Below, one piece after another: positions 20,615 to 30,495 of a stretch of 64,000 bases of DNA. The notes beneath the pieces are model-generated. The model saw only the letters and a list, made by a program, of their open reading frames with translations. It was not told where the DNA came from and did not search any database. The stretch is from positions 11,001-75,000 of the forward strand of contig JBCDFN010000012.1 of the NCBI GenBank assembly GCA_039177935.1. Reading direction: 5' to 3'. Positions within the stretch are counted from its first letter, which is position 1. Each line of letters opens with the position of its first letter. Position numbers and translations under genes: made by a program. The stretch comes from Pseudomonadota bacterium (GTDB lineage Bacteria > Pseudomonadota > Alphaproteobacteria > Rhizobiales > Methyloligellaceae).

Positions 20615-21529
20615 CTAGCTTTTCGGATAGTCGAGGCCCATTTCGCGGAACCGTTCTGGGTCATCGCCCCAACGATCTCGAACCTTCACGAACAAGAAGA
20701 GATGAACGGGCGTGCCAGCGATCTCGGCAATCTCTTCTCGGGAGGCCTGGCCGATCTCCTTGATCATCTGTCCCTTGGCACCAAGCACGATACGCCGTTG
20801 GCTTTCGCGTTCGACATAGATGGTCTGTTCGATGCGAACGCTTCCGTCCTTCAAGGCCTTCCACTGCGTTGTCTCGACCGTAAGCGCGTAGGGCAGTTCT
20901 TCGTGTAGACGGAGGAAGAGCTTCTCGCGGGTGATCTCCGCCGCGCTGTGCCGAAGCGAGGCATCGGTAAGCTGATCCTTGGGGAAGAGCCAGGGGCCTA
21001 GCGGCACGGCGCTCGCGAGATGCGCTCTCAAATCGTCGACGCCATCGCCAGTTAGAGCCGAGACCATGAAGATCTCACTGAAGGCTTTGAGTGCCGTGAG
21101 TTCAGCAGTGAGCTTGAGGAGCTCTGGCTTCTTTACAAGATCGACCTTGTTCAATACCGCAATCATGGGGCGGTTCAGCTCTGGCAGCTGCTCGACGATG
21201 GGCGCGAGCTTGTCGTCCAAACCACGGGCCGCGTCCACGACAAGGGCCACGATGTCCGCGTCCCCTGCCCGGTCCCAGGCTGCCTGAGCCATGGCGCGAT
21301 CGAGCCGCCGCTTAGGCTGAAAGATGCCAGGCGTATCGACCAAGATCACTTGCGCATCGCCGGCCAGCACGATCCCCCGGACTGGCCCACGCGTGGTCTG
21401 GGCCTTGTGGGTGACGATGGATACTTTCGTTCCTACAAGGGCATTGGTCAGGGTGGACTTGCCACTATTGGGCGCCCCGATCAGAGCGACAAAGCCGCAG
21501 CGCTGAGTTCCATTGGACACGTCAGTCAT
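20615..21529 (-). CDS. era: GTPase Era
   Basis: The track ORF 20615..21871 is over-extended. The ATG at 21529 gives MTDVSNGTQRCGFVALIGAPNSGKSTLTNALVG (P-loop), followed by DTPGIF, LNKVDL and a KH domain. It overlaps the rnc stop by 8 nt. Confidence 0.93.
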   Translation of the reverse strand: MTDVSNGTQRCGFVALIGAPNSGKSTLTNALVGTKVSIVTHKAQTTRGPVRGIVLAGDAQVILVDTPGIFQPKRRLDRAMAQAAWDRAGDADIVALVVDAARGLDDKLAPIVEQLPELNRPMIAVLNKVDLVKKPELLKLTAELTALKAFSEIFMVSALTGDGVDDLRAHLASAVPLGPWLFPKDQLTDASLRHSAAEITREKLFLRLHEELPYALTVETTQWKALKDGSVRIEQTIYVERESQRRIVLGAKGQMIKEIGQASREEIAEIAGTPVHLFLFVKVRDRWGDDPERFREMGLDYPKS

Positions 21530-22235
21530 TGGGAGCAGACTGCCAGACGCCCTCGCGAACAAGCATGGCGAGCGCCGCTGCCTGTTCCGCCGAGCGCTTG
21601 TTCGTTCCCTCGCCTCGTTCTGGTGCGACGCCTTCCACATGCACTTCGGTGGTGAAACGCGGCGCGTGGTCAGGCCCTTTTCGCGAGACTTCGATGTAGT
21701 TCGGCAAGGGGAGCTGGCGCCCCTGCGCCCACTCCTGCAAAACCGACTTCGCGTCAGGCGCAGCTTCCTTGAGTTCAGAGAGATACGGATCCCAGGTACG
21801 CCACACGAGCTGCTGTGCTGCTTCGTAGCCTGCGTCTGAAAACACCGCGCCCAAAACCGCCTCGCAAGCATTTGCGAGGATCGTTTTCTTGCGGCGCCCG
21901 CCTGAGCTGGCTTCGCCGCCGCTCATCAAAAGGAAGTCGCCCAAATGCCAGCTTAGGGCCGCTTCGGCACACGTCTCCGTCCGAACGAGATGGTTGAACC
22001 AGCGCGCCAATTCGCCTTCGCTGGAATGGGGATAGCGTTCAGATAGGAGCTGCGCGATCGCCAAGCCCAGCACCCGATCGCCAAGAAATTCGAGCCGCTC
22101 ATTATCTTCGTTGGGCTTTGAGCCCGGACGTGCGCTCGCGTGCGTCAAAGCCAAACTCAGCAGTGCGGGATCCTTGAAGCTGTGCCCAAGGCGCTCGGCC
22201 AGAACGCCGACATCCGTGATGCGCCGCTTGGCCAC
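21522..22235 (-). CDS. rnc: Ribonuclease III
   Basis: The GTG at 22235, 5 nt after the lepB stop, gives VAKRRITDVGVLAERLGHSFKDPALLSLALTHAS...NERLEFLGDRVLG and a C-terminal dsRBD. Confidence 0.92.
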   Translation of the reverse strand: MAKRRITDVGVLAERLGHSFKDPALLSLALTHASARPGSKPNEDNERLEFLGDRVLGLAIAQLLSERYPHSSEGELARWFNHLVRTETCAEAALSWHLGDFLLMSGGEASSGGRRKKTILANACEAVLGAVFSDAGYEAAQQLVWRTWDPYLSELKEAAPDAKSVLQEWAQGRQLPLPNYIEVSRKGPDHAPRFTTEVHVEGVAPERGEGTNKRSAEQAAALAMLVREGVWQSAPND

Positions 22236-22239
22236 GATC

Positions 22240-22998
22240 CTATTCCACTGTCTTGAAGATGCGGTTCCAGCGCACATCCGATGGCCAGCGCCAGACCTGC
22301 CAGAAACTGGCATCCTCATCGATAGAGAAGAAAATCACGCGCGCTTTGCCGACGAGGTTCTCGAACGGCACAAAGCCAACTTCGGACAGGAACCGGCTGT
22401 CCGTCGAGTTGTCCCGGTTGTCGCCCATCATGAAGAAATGCCCTTCCGGCACCTTGTAGACGTCGGTGTTGTCGCCAACCCCGCCATTGACGAGGTCCAG
22501 CACCGGGTAGCTGACCCCATTCGGGAGCGTCTCCATGTAGCGGGTGAAGCGGCGATCGCGTCCCCCGATTCCTGGCGCGACATAGTCGTCGACCTTCACC
22601 CTGTCCACGGGCTCACCATTGAGGTGAAGCTCGCCGTTGATCATCTGCACTTCATCGCCCGGCAGGCCAACAACCCGCTTGATGTAGTCGGTCGCGTTGT
22701 CCCGCGGGAGTTTAAAGACCACCACATCGCCACGTTCTGGTTCTGCCGCCCAGATTCGGCCTGAAAAGAGGTCAAAGCCGAACGGGAACGAGTAGCGGCT
22801 GTACCCGTAGGTGTATTTCGAGACGAACAGATAATCGCCGATGAGCAGCGTCGGGATCATGGAGCCCGACGGGATGTTGAACGGCTGAAACAGGAATACA
22901 CGCACGATAAGCGCCAAGATGAGCGCATGGATGACGACGCGAAGCGTCTCCCAGTTGCCGCCCTTTGAAGCAGCCTTTTTCTCCGCGTCCACACTCAT
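22240..22998 (-). CDS. lepB: Signal peptidase I
   Basis: The ATG at 22998 gives MSVDAEKK, and the ORF contains IPSGSMIPTLLIGDYLFVSK, YIKRVVGLPGD and GDNRDNSTDSR. Confidence 0.93.
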   Translation of the reverse strand: MSVDAEKKAASKGGNWETLRVVIHALILALIVRVFLFQPFNIPSGSMIPTLLIGDYLFVSKYTYGYSRYSFPFGFDLFSGRIWAAEPERGDVVVFKLPRDNATDYIKRVVGLPGDEVQMINGELHLNGEPVDRVKVDDYVAPGIGGRDRRFTRYMETLPNGVSYPVLDLVNGGVGDNTDVYKVPEGHFFMMGDNRDNSTDSRFLSEVGFVPFENLVGKARVIFFSIDEDASFWQVWRWPSDVRWNRIFKTVE

Positions 22999-23119
22999 GC
23001 AGCGCTCTCCTTTGATCGCGTGCGTGAAGCACGCCATCCCTGACAGAATTCTCTTTTGGGAGCCCTATAGCCCCTCGCCTGGCCTTGAGCAAACAACGGA
23101 CGCAGTTAGTGGTGCAATT

Positions 23120-23524
23120 TTATGGCGAATGCCGGACGGCCGAGATGATGACGATCGCTTGGGCCGTTGGGAAATCGTCGGTGATGGTGAGGTCGATTTG
23201 CGCCGCATGACCATCCGGAAGAAGCTCGTCCAGAACCCGGGCGGCGCCGCCTGTGAGCTCCATTGTAGGGCGTCCGGACGGCAGATTGACCACGCCAAGA
23301 TCGTGCCAAAAGACCCCACGCCTGAACCCTGTCCCCAGTGCCTTGGCGCAAGCCTCCTTAGCGGCGAAACGTTTCGCGTACGAGGCCGCCCTTAGTCTGC
23401 GTCGGTCCGATTTTTGCCGCTCCGCCTCGGTGAATATCCGCATGAGGAAGCGATCACCGAAACGCTCGATTGTTTTTTCGATACGCCGAATATCGATGAT
23501 GTCGTTGCCAAGACCAATGATCAT
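23120..23524 (-). CDS. acpS: Holo-[acyl-carrier-protein] synthase
   Basis: 134-aa ORF starting [35 protein letters not shown]. There is an ATGA overlap with the pdxJ stop. Confidence 0.92.
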   Translation of the reverse strand: MIIGLGNDIIDIRRIEKTIERFGDRFLMRIFTEAERQKSDRRRLRAASYAKRFAAKEACAKALGTGFRRGVFWHDLGVVNLPSGRPTMELTGGAARVLDELLPDGHAAQIDLTITDDFPTAQAIVIISAVRHSP

Positions 23525-24315
23525 GAGGCGATGCGATCCCCCCCGCTTGCGATCGGCGCCGTCCGTCCCCGGTCCATGGCCGCGCGCATGCGCCGCACGG
23601 TTTCGCCCAAACCAACGAACACGGCTTCGCCGACGAGGAAGTGGCCAATATTTAGCTCAACGATCTCCGGTATGGTCGAGATCTTCTCCCCAGTGGCGTA
23701 ATTGAGCCCGTGGCCCGCATGAACCTCAATACCAAGTGCATGCGCGAAGGCGGCACTGTCGACAATTGCTCGCCATTCCTTCTCGGCGTCAGCGGCCCGC
23801 CCTTCGATTACGGCGTCGCACCAGCCCCCGGTATGAATCTCAATTGCTGGAACACCAAGGCGCGCGGAGGCCTCGATCTGAGGACGTTCCGCGCCAATGA
23901 ACAGCGAAACCTGAATACGTGCGTCGGCCAGCGCGGCTACAACGGGCGCCAGCGCATTGTGTTGCGAGATTACATCCAGGCCACCCTCAGTCGTGCGTTC
24001 TGCACGGCGCTCAGGCACAAGACATATCGCGGGCGGCCGGGCCTTGAGCGCAATCTCCGTCATCTCATCAGTCGCCGCCATTTCCATGTTGAGCGGACAA
24101 TCGACCTCGGTGAGCAGTCGCGCGATATCGTCGTCACGAATATGCCGGCGGTCTTCGCGCAAATGTGCAGTGATGTTGTCGGCGCCACACTCCGCGACGA
24201 GTTGCGCCGCCCGAATGGGATCGGGACGTGTGCCGCCACGCGCATTCCGGAGCGTCGCGACGTGGTCGATATTGATGCCAAGCCGGATTTTTGGAACGGG
24301 AGTCAGTTTTCCCAA
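23521..24315 (-). CDS. pdxJ: Pyridoxine 5'-phosphate synthase
   Basis: 264-aa ORF with a TTG start, containing [26 protein letters not shown] and EIHTG. Confidence 0.92.
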   Translation of the reverse strand: MGKLTPVPKIRLGINIDHVATLRNARGGTRPDPIRAAQLVAECGADNITAHLREDRRHIRDDDIARLLTEVDCPLNMEMAATDEMTEIALKARPPAICLVPERRAERTTEGGLDVISQHNALAPVVAALADARIQVSLFIGAERPQIEASARLGVPAIEIHTGGWCDAVIEGRAADAEKEWRAIVDSAAFAHALGIEVHAGHGLNYATGEKISTIPEIVELNIGHFLVGEAVFVGLGETVRRMRAAMDRGRTAPIASGGDRIAS

Positions 24316-24337
24316 GTCATCTCTCCTATTGGCCCGG

Positions 24338-24874
24338 TCACGCGGCTTCGTTCTCTGATCTCAGGTCGCGGCGACGATGCTGGTAGGCATTAACGGCCGG
24401 CCTGACCAAGGCGTAGCTGAGAATCGCCAACGCGATGCCGATGGGTATCGACCCAAGGGTCATCGGCTTCAACAGCTCCAAGATCTGGTCGGTCTGAAAA
24501 ATGCCTTTCGACAGGTCGAGTTCCAGATCGCTGTCGGTACGGCCGAGCATGAAGGAACCCAACTCGAAACTGCTGACCCAGAACAGCGGATAGGTCAGCG
24601 GATTGCCAATGAATGTGCCTAGAAGCGCGGCGACAATACTGCCGCCGATAATCCATGCTAGGGCGGCGGACATGACCATATGGAAGCCAATAAATGGCGT
24701 GCTTGAGATGAAGACGCCTGCGGCGAAGCCCAAGGCGACCGCGTGCGGGGTTGCACTCAACCGGCGCACACGGTGAACCACGTAGCGCGTCGAGCGGCCC
24801 CAGCTGCGGCGCGGCCACAGGGACACCCGCAACTTGTTCAGCCAACTTTCCGCCTCCCGGCGTTTGAACAGCAT
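24338..24874 (-). CDS. DUF2062-family membrane protein
   Basis: 178-aa ORF containing [32 protein letters not shown]...[10 protein letters not shown]. Confidence 0.75.
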   Translation of the reverse strand: MLFKRREAESWLNKLRVSLWPRRSWGRSTRYVVHRVRRLSATPHAVALGFAAGVFISSTPFIGFHMVMSAALAWIIGGSIVAALLGTFIGNPLTYPLFWVSSFELGSFMLGRTDSDLELDLSKGIFQTDQILELLKPMTLGSIPIGIALAILSYALVRPAVNAYQHRRRDLRSENEAA

Positions 24875-24977
24875 CTCTACCTCGTCATAGGCGATCGCCC
24901 GCCTTCTAGCCTAACGGCGCACGAGCCCTAACATATTTGGCGGTTTTTTTCGCGTCGTGCCAGGGTGTTGCGCCCTG

Positions 24978-27194
24978 CTAGTCCTCGGACCGCGTGGCTT
25001 TGCTGACAACGTCCTTCGCGCGCAAACCCGCTAGAATCTCATTGAGGTGCTGCAGGTCCCAAACATCTAGATCGATAAGCATCTCGGTGTAGTCGGCAAC
25101 TTGGTTGGTCATCTTGATGTTCTGGATGTTGCCATCGACCTCGCTAATCACCGTCGCGATCTGGGCGAGACTGCCTGGCTCGTTCATCGCGGTGACTTCG
25201 ATCTTGGCAGGAAAGCGCTGCGGGTTGTCTTCATCGATGTCCCAGGTAACGTCGATCCAACGTTCAGGTTCATCATCGAATTCCTTTAGCGCAGCGGCGT
25301 GGATTGGGTAGATCGTGATGCCCTGTCCGGGGGATAAAATCCCGACGATGCGGTCCCCAGGAACCGCGCCGTTTTCCGCGAAATGAACAGGTAGCCCGCT
25401 CTTTAGGCCACGGATTGGGATGCCGCTGGGTCCATCGGCTCGGCCCTTTCCACCAGAACCGGGCCACCGGAATTTCAGCCCCATGACTTTGCCGAGACCG
25501 AACCAGCCTTCATCGCTGCGCTTCACTTCGCGGCGACGCTTCGGCATTGGTCCTGCAATTTCTTCTGGAAAGGCCGCGCGGAACACATCCTCCGACGTCA
25601 ACTCGCCGCGCCCGACCGCGGTGACCACATCTTCCGCTGTCTTCTGCGACAACCGTGGCAGGCCCTTCGTGATCGCGTCCTCGTTGAAAGTGTGCCCGTA
25701 GCGGCGGAAGGCGCGATCCAGAATCTCCCGCCCAAGTTTCTCGTATTGTAGGCGCACTGCTTCCCGCGAGGCGCGCCGAATGGCAGAGCGGGCTTTGCCC
25801 GTAACCGCCAGGCGCTCCCAGGCCACGGGCGGCGATTGGGCGTCAGAACAGACGACCTCAACCTCATCGCCATTGCGCAGCTCTGTGGCCAGCGGCATCG
25901 GGCGACCATTGATCTTGGCGCCCACTGCGGTGTTGCCGACCTGGGTGTGCACCGCGTACGCGAAATCAATGCAATTGGCCCCGCGAGGCAGCGCGATCAG
26001 CCGACCCTTTGGCGTGAAGCAGAAGACCTGGTCGTGGAACAGTTCGAGCTTGGTGTGTTCGAGAAATTCCTCGGGGTTATCTCCTTCAAGCAACATGCCA
26101 ACCAAATGGGTCAACCATCTGTATGCGCTAGAATCTTGTGCAGGCGCCTTTTTGCCATTGCGGTTCTCTTTATAGAGGGCATGAGCCGCCACGCCGTATT
26201 CGGCAATCGAGTTCATCTCCTCCGTGCGGATCTGAAGTTCGACCCGTTGGTGCTTCGGGCCGACAATAGTGGTGTGGATCGACTGATAGTCGTTTTGCTT
26301 GGGATTGGAGATGTAGTCCTTGAACCGGCCGGGAACCGTGTGCCAGCTCGTATGAGCCACTGCGAGGGCTCGATAGCAGTCCGGAACTCTCGGAACCACA
26401 ATGCGGAAGCCGTAGATGTCGGACAGTTGTTCGAGCGAAATCTGCTTTCGCTCCATCTTGCTCCAGATCGCATAAGGCTTCTTCTCGCGACCCGCGACGA
26501 TCGCTTTGACGCGGGCGGTCTTGAGCTTGGATGTGAGCGCGCCCTCAATTTCGTCAATCAGGCCCTGGTTGTCCTGGCGCAGTACCTTCAGGCGCTCCGA
26601 GACGGTGGCATAGGCCTCCGGGTTCAGCCACCGGAATGATAGGTCCTCAAGCTCCTCCCGAAGCCACTGCATGCCCATGCGCCCCGCCAGCGGGGCATAG
26701 ATATCCATCGTCTCTTCGGCGATGTTTTTCCGCTTGGCTGGCTTCATGTGCTCAAGCGTCCGCATGTTGTGCAAGCGGTCGGCAAGCTTCACCATCAGGA
26801 CGCGGATATCACTGGAGATGGCGAGGAGCAGCTTGCGGAAGTTCTCCGCTTGCTCTGCCTTCTTGGTGACGAGATCGAGTTTCTTGATCTTGGTGAGGCC
26901 GTCTACGAGCGTCCCGATCTCCGCGCCAAACAGCGCGTCGATCTCGCTTCGCGTGGCCTCTGTGTCCTCGATCGTGTCGTGCAGCAGCGCGGTAGCGATG
27001 GTCGCATCATCCAAGCGCATATCGGCCAGAATGGCGGCGACTTCCAGAGGGTGGGAGAAGTATGGGGCGCCGGACGCGCGCTTTTGATTGCCGTGCGCCT
27101 TCATCGCATAGACGTAAGCGCGATTCAGCAGGCCCTCGTTGGCCGAGGGCTGATAACTCAAAATGCGTTCAACAAGTTCATATTGGCGGGTCAT
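24978..27194 (-). CDS. rsh: Bifunctional (p)ppGpp synthetase/hydrolase (RelA/SpoT homologue)
   Basis: The ATG at 27194 gives MTRQYELVERI. The HD hydrolase domain (HPLEVA, HDTIEDT), the synthetase domain (YQSIHTT), and the TGS and ACT regions are all present. It lies downstream of rpoZ, as in the classic rpoZ-spoT arrangement. Confidence 0.93.
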   Translation of the reverse strand: MTRQYELVERILSYQPSANEGLLNRAYVYAMKAHGNQKRASGAPYFSHPLEVAAILADMRLDDATIATALLHDTIEDTEATRSEIDALFGAEIGTLVDGLTKIKKLDLVTKKAEQAENFRKLLLAISSDIRVLMVKLADRLHNMRTLEHMKPAKRKNIAEETMDIYAPLAGRMGMQWLREELEDLSFRWLNPEAYATVSERLKVLRQDNQGLIDEIEGALTSKLKTARVKAIVAGREKKPYAIWSKMERKQISLEQLSDIYGFRIVVPRVPDCYRALAVAHTSWHTVPGRFKDYISNPKQNDYQSIHTTIVGPKHQRVELQIRTEEMNSIAEYGVAAHALYKENRNGKKAPAQDSSAYRWLTHLVGMLLEGDNPEEFLEHTKLELFHDQVFCFTPKGRLIALPRGANCIDFAYAVHTQVGNTAVGAKINGRPMPLATELRNGDEVEVVCSDAQSPPVAWERLAVTGKARSAIRRASREAVRLQYEKLGREILDRAFRRYGHTFNEDAITKGLPRLSQKTAEDVVTAVGRGELTSEDVFRAAFPEEIAGPMPKRRREVKRSDEGWFGLGKVMGLKFRWPGSGGKGRADGPSGIPIRGLKSGLPVHFAENGAVPGDRIVGILSPGQGITIYPIHAAALKEFDDEPERWIDVTWDIDEDNPQRFPAKIEVTAMNEPGSLAQIATVISEVDGNIQNIKMTNQVADYTEMLIDLDVWDLQHLNEILAGLRAKDVVSKATRSED

Positions 27195-27337
27195 CTCAGC
27201 CCGCAACAATGACGCGCCAAGCCACGACAACACAAGGACTTTGGGCAGCTAAGGTTGCCGAACACCCAATGTCGCGTGAGTGAAGGGCGCCCGGCGAGAT
27301 TACAAAAGCGCCGCCTCGCCGGTTCGTTCTGAGCCTG

Positions 27338-27748
27338 CTAGCGCGCGCGGGGTCCCGCATTGGACCCATCTGAAGGCGCCTGAGTCGCCATGCGACGCAG
27401 CAGTTCTTCTTCGGTCATACGGTCGATCTGCGTGTCGGTGGACTGGTCGTCCTGACCAAGCACTGGCATGCGGGTGTCCTGAGACAGCGCGGGAACAGCC
27501 TCGGCCTCCGGCTCGTCCACTTCCACGTATTTCTGCATGGAGTGGATGAAATCTTCCTTCAGGTCGTCAGGCGTGAACTTCTTCTCGGCGATCTCACGCA
27601 GCGCAACGACGGGGTTCTTGTCGTTGTCGCGCGGCACGGTGAGTTGCGCTCCAGCAGCAATCGTGCGGGCACGGTGGCTCGCCAGAAGAACGAGCTCGAA
27701 GCGGTTCGGAATCTTGTCGATGCAATCCTCGACGGTGACGCGAGCCAT
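27338..27748 (-). CDS. rpoZ: DNA-directed RNA polymerase subunit omega
   Basis: 136-aa ORF starting [33 protein letters not shown]. Confidence 0.93.
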   Translation of the reverse strand: MARVTVEDCIDKIPNRFELVLLASHRARTIAAGAQLTVPRDNDKNPVVALREIAEKKFTPDDLKEDFIHSMQKYVEVDEPEAEAVPALSQDTRMPVLGQDDQSTDTQIDRMTEEELLRRMATQAPSDGSNAGPRAR

Positions 27749-27796
27749 CTGAAAGTCCTTTTAGAATGGGCGGAATTTGACCTCTATGTATGCAAA

Positions 27797-28363
27797 TCAG
27801 GCGTCGCTGGCAAGTCGTGTGTCTGATGCCAGAGTCCTGAGAACCTGCCCTTCCCAGCCTTGCGCGACACGCCGCCACAGCTCTTGACCGGATTCTCGCG
27901 TCACGGGGTGGCGCCAATCAGGTGCCACATCGAGCAGCGGCCGCAAGACAAAGGGCCTCTTTTCGATCCAAGGATGGGGCAGAACCAAAGGGCGCCGACC
28001 TGCGGACGCAAATAGCGGGTCTCGGCCCCGCCAGTTCTGGACACGGCCCTTAAAGTCCAGAATGTCGATGTCCAAGGTCCGTGGGCCCCAAGGGCTTCCC
28101 CCTCGTCGGCCGGCTTTGCGCTCGATCTGTTTAAGCCTGCGCAGCAGGCCCTCTGGGGGCATCGCCGTTTCGATTCGCGCGACCGCATTCACATAGTTTG
28201 GCTGACCCGCGCGACCCACGGCCGCAGTCTCGTAGAAGTTCGAAACCGCCATGAGTGCGACACCATCCTGATCGAGACTTGTGAGGGCTCGGCCAATTGT
28301 GGCGGCAGAGTCTCCCCACGGACCAGGAAAGTTTGCACCTAATCCTACCAGTATCTGAGACAT
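27797..28363 (-). CDS. folK: 2-amino-4-hydroxy-6-hydroxymethyldihydropteridine diphosphokinase
   Basis: The ATG at 28363 gives MSQILVGLGAN, and the ORF contains GPRTLDIDILDF and LVLPHPWIEKRPFVLRPL. Confidence 0.88.
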   Translation of the reverse strand: MSQILVGLGANFPGPWGDSAATIGRALTSLDQDGVALMAVSNFYETAAVGRAGQPNYVNAVARIETAMPPEGLLRRLKQIERKAGRRGGSPWGPRTLDIDILDFKGRVQNWRGRDPLFASAGRRPLVLPHPWIEKRPFVLRPLLDVAPDWRHPVTRESGQELWRRVAQGWEGQVLRTLASDTRLASDA

Positions 28364-28463
28364 TGCGACCCGTTGCGGAGTTGTTGCGCTTACACGAAGG
28401 TGAGTTGTTCTACGCATTTGTTGCCCCCTACCAACGCGCTTTTTTTGATCGTTAGGACCCTTA

Positions 28464-29075
28464 ATGCATTTTTATCCGACCGAACGGATTGCTTTGTTTA
28501 TCGACGGTGCAAATCTGTACGCCGCGTCAAAATCACTGTCCTTCGATATCGACTACAAGCGACTTCTGACCCTGTTCCGATCCAAAGGGCAGCTCTTGCG
28601 TGCGCTTTATTACACGGCGCTCGCGGAGGATCAGGAGTACTCGTCAATTCGCCCGTTGATCGACTGGCTCGACTACAACGGCTACACGATGGTGACGAAG
28701 CCGACCAAAGAGTTTGTTGACGCAACGGGACGCCGCAAAGTGAAGGGCAATATGGACATCGAACTGGCCGTCGATGCCATGGAGTTGTCAGAGCATCTTG
28801 ACCATCTTGTCATCTTCTCCGGCGACGGAGACTTTCGATCGCTCGTCGAGTCCCTCCAACACAAGGGTAAGCGGGTCAGCGTTGTTTCGTCGCTCTCCAC
28901 CAACCCTCCCATGGTCGCAGACGAGCTTCGTCGGCAAGCCGACCAGTTCATCGACTTGGTTGACTTGCAACACGAAATTGGCCGCATGGCTTCAGAGCGT
29001 CCTCAGCGGGAGAACCGCCAGCGCCCGGACTCCGAGCCAGACACCTACGAGCCATCCGATTTCGTTGAGACTTAG
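28464..29075 (+). CDS. NYN-domain (LabA/DUF88-like) protein, predicted RNase fold
   Basis: 203-aa ORF containing RIALFIDGANLY...KGNMDIELAVDAMEL...VIFSGDGDFRSLVESLQHKGKRV. Confidence 0.8.
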   Translation: MHFYPTERIALFIDGANLYAASKSLSFDIDYKRLLTLFRSKGQLLRALYYTALAEDQEYSSIRPLIDWLDYNGYTMVTKPTKEFVDATGRRKVKGNMDIELAVDAMELSEHLDHLVIFSGDGDFRSLVESLQHKGKRVSVVSSLSTNPPMVADELRRQADQFIDLVDLQHEIGRMASERPQRENRQRPDSEPDTYEPSDFVET

Positions 29076-29195
29076 CGGGTAGCGCGCATCCGCAATCGCT
29101 GGCAGTTCCTTTTTCTGGCCTTCTCGCGGCCCGAGGGCTACGCATTGATGTTTTCCTATTGAATGCTCATCAGACCATAACGCGGCGTAGTTCTC

Positions 29196-29861
29196 ATGCC
29201 ACAGACCGCCACAGCCGCAGCACCAGAGATCGCAGAGCCGCCCCCCAACTGCGACCTCTGTGAACGTCTGGTCGCCTTTCGCGATGAGAACACCACAGCC
29301 CACCCTGACTGGTTCAACGGCGCTGTGCCATCTTTCGGGCCGAAAGACGCCCGGCTGCTGATCGTCGGGCTAGCGCCGGGCCTGAGAGGGGCCAATCGAA
29401 CGGGTCGGCCCTTTTGGGGCGACTTCGCCGGCGACCTCCTTTACCCCACGCTTCTCAAAACCGGCCTTGCTCAGGGTGAACACGACGTCCTGCGGCCAGA
29501 GGCGCTGAGCCTCGTCGACTGTATGATCACCAATGCGGTGCGCTGCGTGCCACCGCAGAACAAGCCAACTGGCGCCGAAATCAAGTGCTGCCGGCAATTC
29601 CTCGATGGGCGCAAGGCGGCATTGCCGAACCTATGCGCCCTCCTCGCTATTGGCCGCGTCGCGCATGACAGCATCTTGTCCAGTTTTGCGGTGAAGAAGA
29701 AAGACCACCCATTTGCGCATGGGGCACGGCACGCGCTCCCCGGCGGCCTTCGCCTATTCGACACGTTTCACTGCTCCCGGCTCAACACCAATACCGGTCG
29801 ACTGACCCCAGAGATGTTCGAACGCGTCGTCGCTGATGCGGCGGCTAGCTTGCGCGGTTAG
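29196..29861 (+). CDS. Uracil-DNA glycosylase superfamily protein, family 5 (UDGb)-like
   Basis: 221-aa ORF with CDLCERL and LLIVGLAPGLRGANRTGRPFWGD. GLAPG rather than GEAPG points to family 5. The ORF also contains HCSRLNTNTG. Confidence 0.82.
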   Translation: MPQTATAAAPEIAEPPPNCDLCERLVAFRDENTTAHPDWFNGAVPSFGPKDARLLIVGLAPGLRGANRTGRPFWGDFAGDLLYPTLLKTGLAQGEHDVLRPEALSLVDCMITNAVRCVPPQNKPTGAEIKCCRQFLDGRKAALPNLCALLAIGRVAHDSILSSFAVKKKDHPFAHGARHALPGGLRLFDTFHCSRLNTNTGRLTPEMFERVVADAAASLRG

Positions 29862-29935
29862 CGCGGTCGGATTGAGTTGCTGGGACCTGCTAACTCGGGC
29901 ATGCTTTCCATGTTGGTTCAATGGCTAGTTGAGGG

Positions 29936-30367
29936 ATGCCGCAGTTCGGCAACGATCCGATGGCGAGCTTGGAGATTTCACCGACAAAGGTCGGTTTTGT
30001 CATCGTAAGGGCGCGCGAATTCGACGCCAAAGTCGGCGCATGGGACGACGGAGACAGCTCCGACCGCGACGCCGACTCAATTCTTGAGGATTTCAAGGAC
30101 GACTCCACGTTCGCTGAGTTGCGCGGATTTATTCGCGACCTGAACATCGATGAGCAGGTAAGCCTCGTGGCCCTTGCCTGGGTCGGCCGAGGCTCTTTCA
30201 GTGCAGAAGAGCTCGACGATGCCCTCGAAACGGCTCGTGCCGAACACAACAAGCGCACAGCCGAGTATCTGCTGGGCATTCCGCTCCTCTCGGACTATCT
30301 CGAAGAGGGTCTCACCGCGCTAGGCTACTCAGTCGAAGACGCCGAAGACGACGCCATGGGTGACTGA
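29936..30367 (+). CDS. DUF3775-family protein
   Basis: 143-aa ORF containing ISPTKVGFVIVRAREFDAK...LVALAWVGRG...YLLGIPLLSDYLEEGL. The start could instead be the ATG at 29960. Confidence 0.78.
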   Translation: MPQFGNDPMASLEISPTKVGFVIVRAREFDAKVGAWDDGDSSDRDADSILEDFKDDSTFAELRGFIRDLNIDEQVSLVALAWVGRGSFSAEELDDALETARAEHNKRTAEYLLGIPLLSDYLEEGLTALGYSVEDAEDDAMGD

Positions 30368-30462
30368 GGTTTGGGCGATTGAGACTTGGGTGATTGAGAC
30401 TTCGGTGATTGAGACTTCGGTGATTGAGTTTTGAGCGATTGCCGATTGGGCGATTGAGCGCG
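30358..30462. repeat. Tandem repeat, seven copies of a 15-bp unit (consensus about GGTGATTGAGACTTC)
   Basis: The units, read directly, are gggtgactgaggttt, gggcgattgagactt, gggtgattgagactt, cggtgattgagactt, cggtgattgagtttt, gagcgattgccgatt and gggcgattgagcgcg. The first unit spans the DUF3775 stop codon. Confidence 0.9.
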
Positions 30463-30495
30463 GGGGGCCGCCGTCTTCACGCAACGACGTCCGCG

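Noticed and set aside
20615-21871. 418-aa version of the era ORF, and similar long N-terminal extensions of the ribE, rnc, lepB, folK, dapA, hspQ, sdhE, sorA and cytochrome ORFs
   Set aside because: The extensions overlap upstream genes and translate to Arg/Ser-rich nonsense. In each case an internal start restores the canonical N-terminus (for example MTDVSNGTQRCGFVALIGAPNSGKST for Era).
25836-26639. 267-aa plus-strand ORF antisense to the RelA/SpoT homologue
   Set aside because: Same reasoning: it is embedded antisense in a confidently assigned gene and has no recognisable domain.
27280-27337. Hairpin CCGGCGAG-N16-CTCGCCGG between rpoZ and the RelA/SpoT gene as a terminator
   Set aside because: The loop is long and no T-tract follows it. 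rpoZ-spoT are classically co-transcribed. It may be a processing or attenuation structure, but I cannot support a terminator call.
30358-30462. CRISPR array interpretation of the tandem repeats (also 43485-43527)
   Set aside because: The units are directly abutting 14-15-bp repeats without spacers. They are far shorter than CRISPR repeats, and no cas genes are present.
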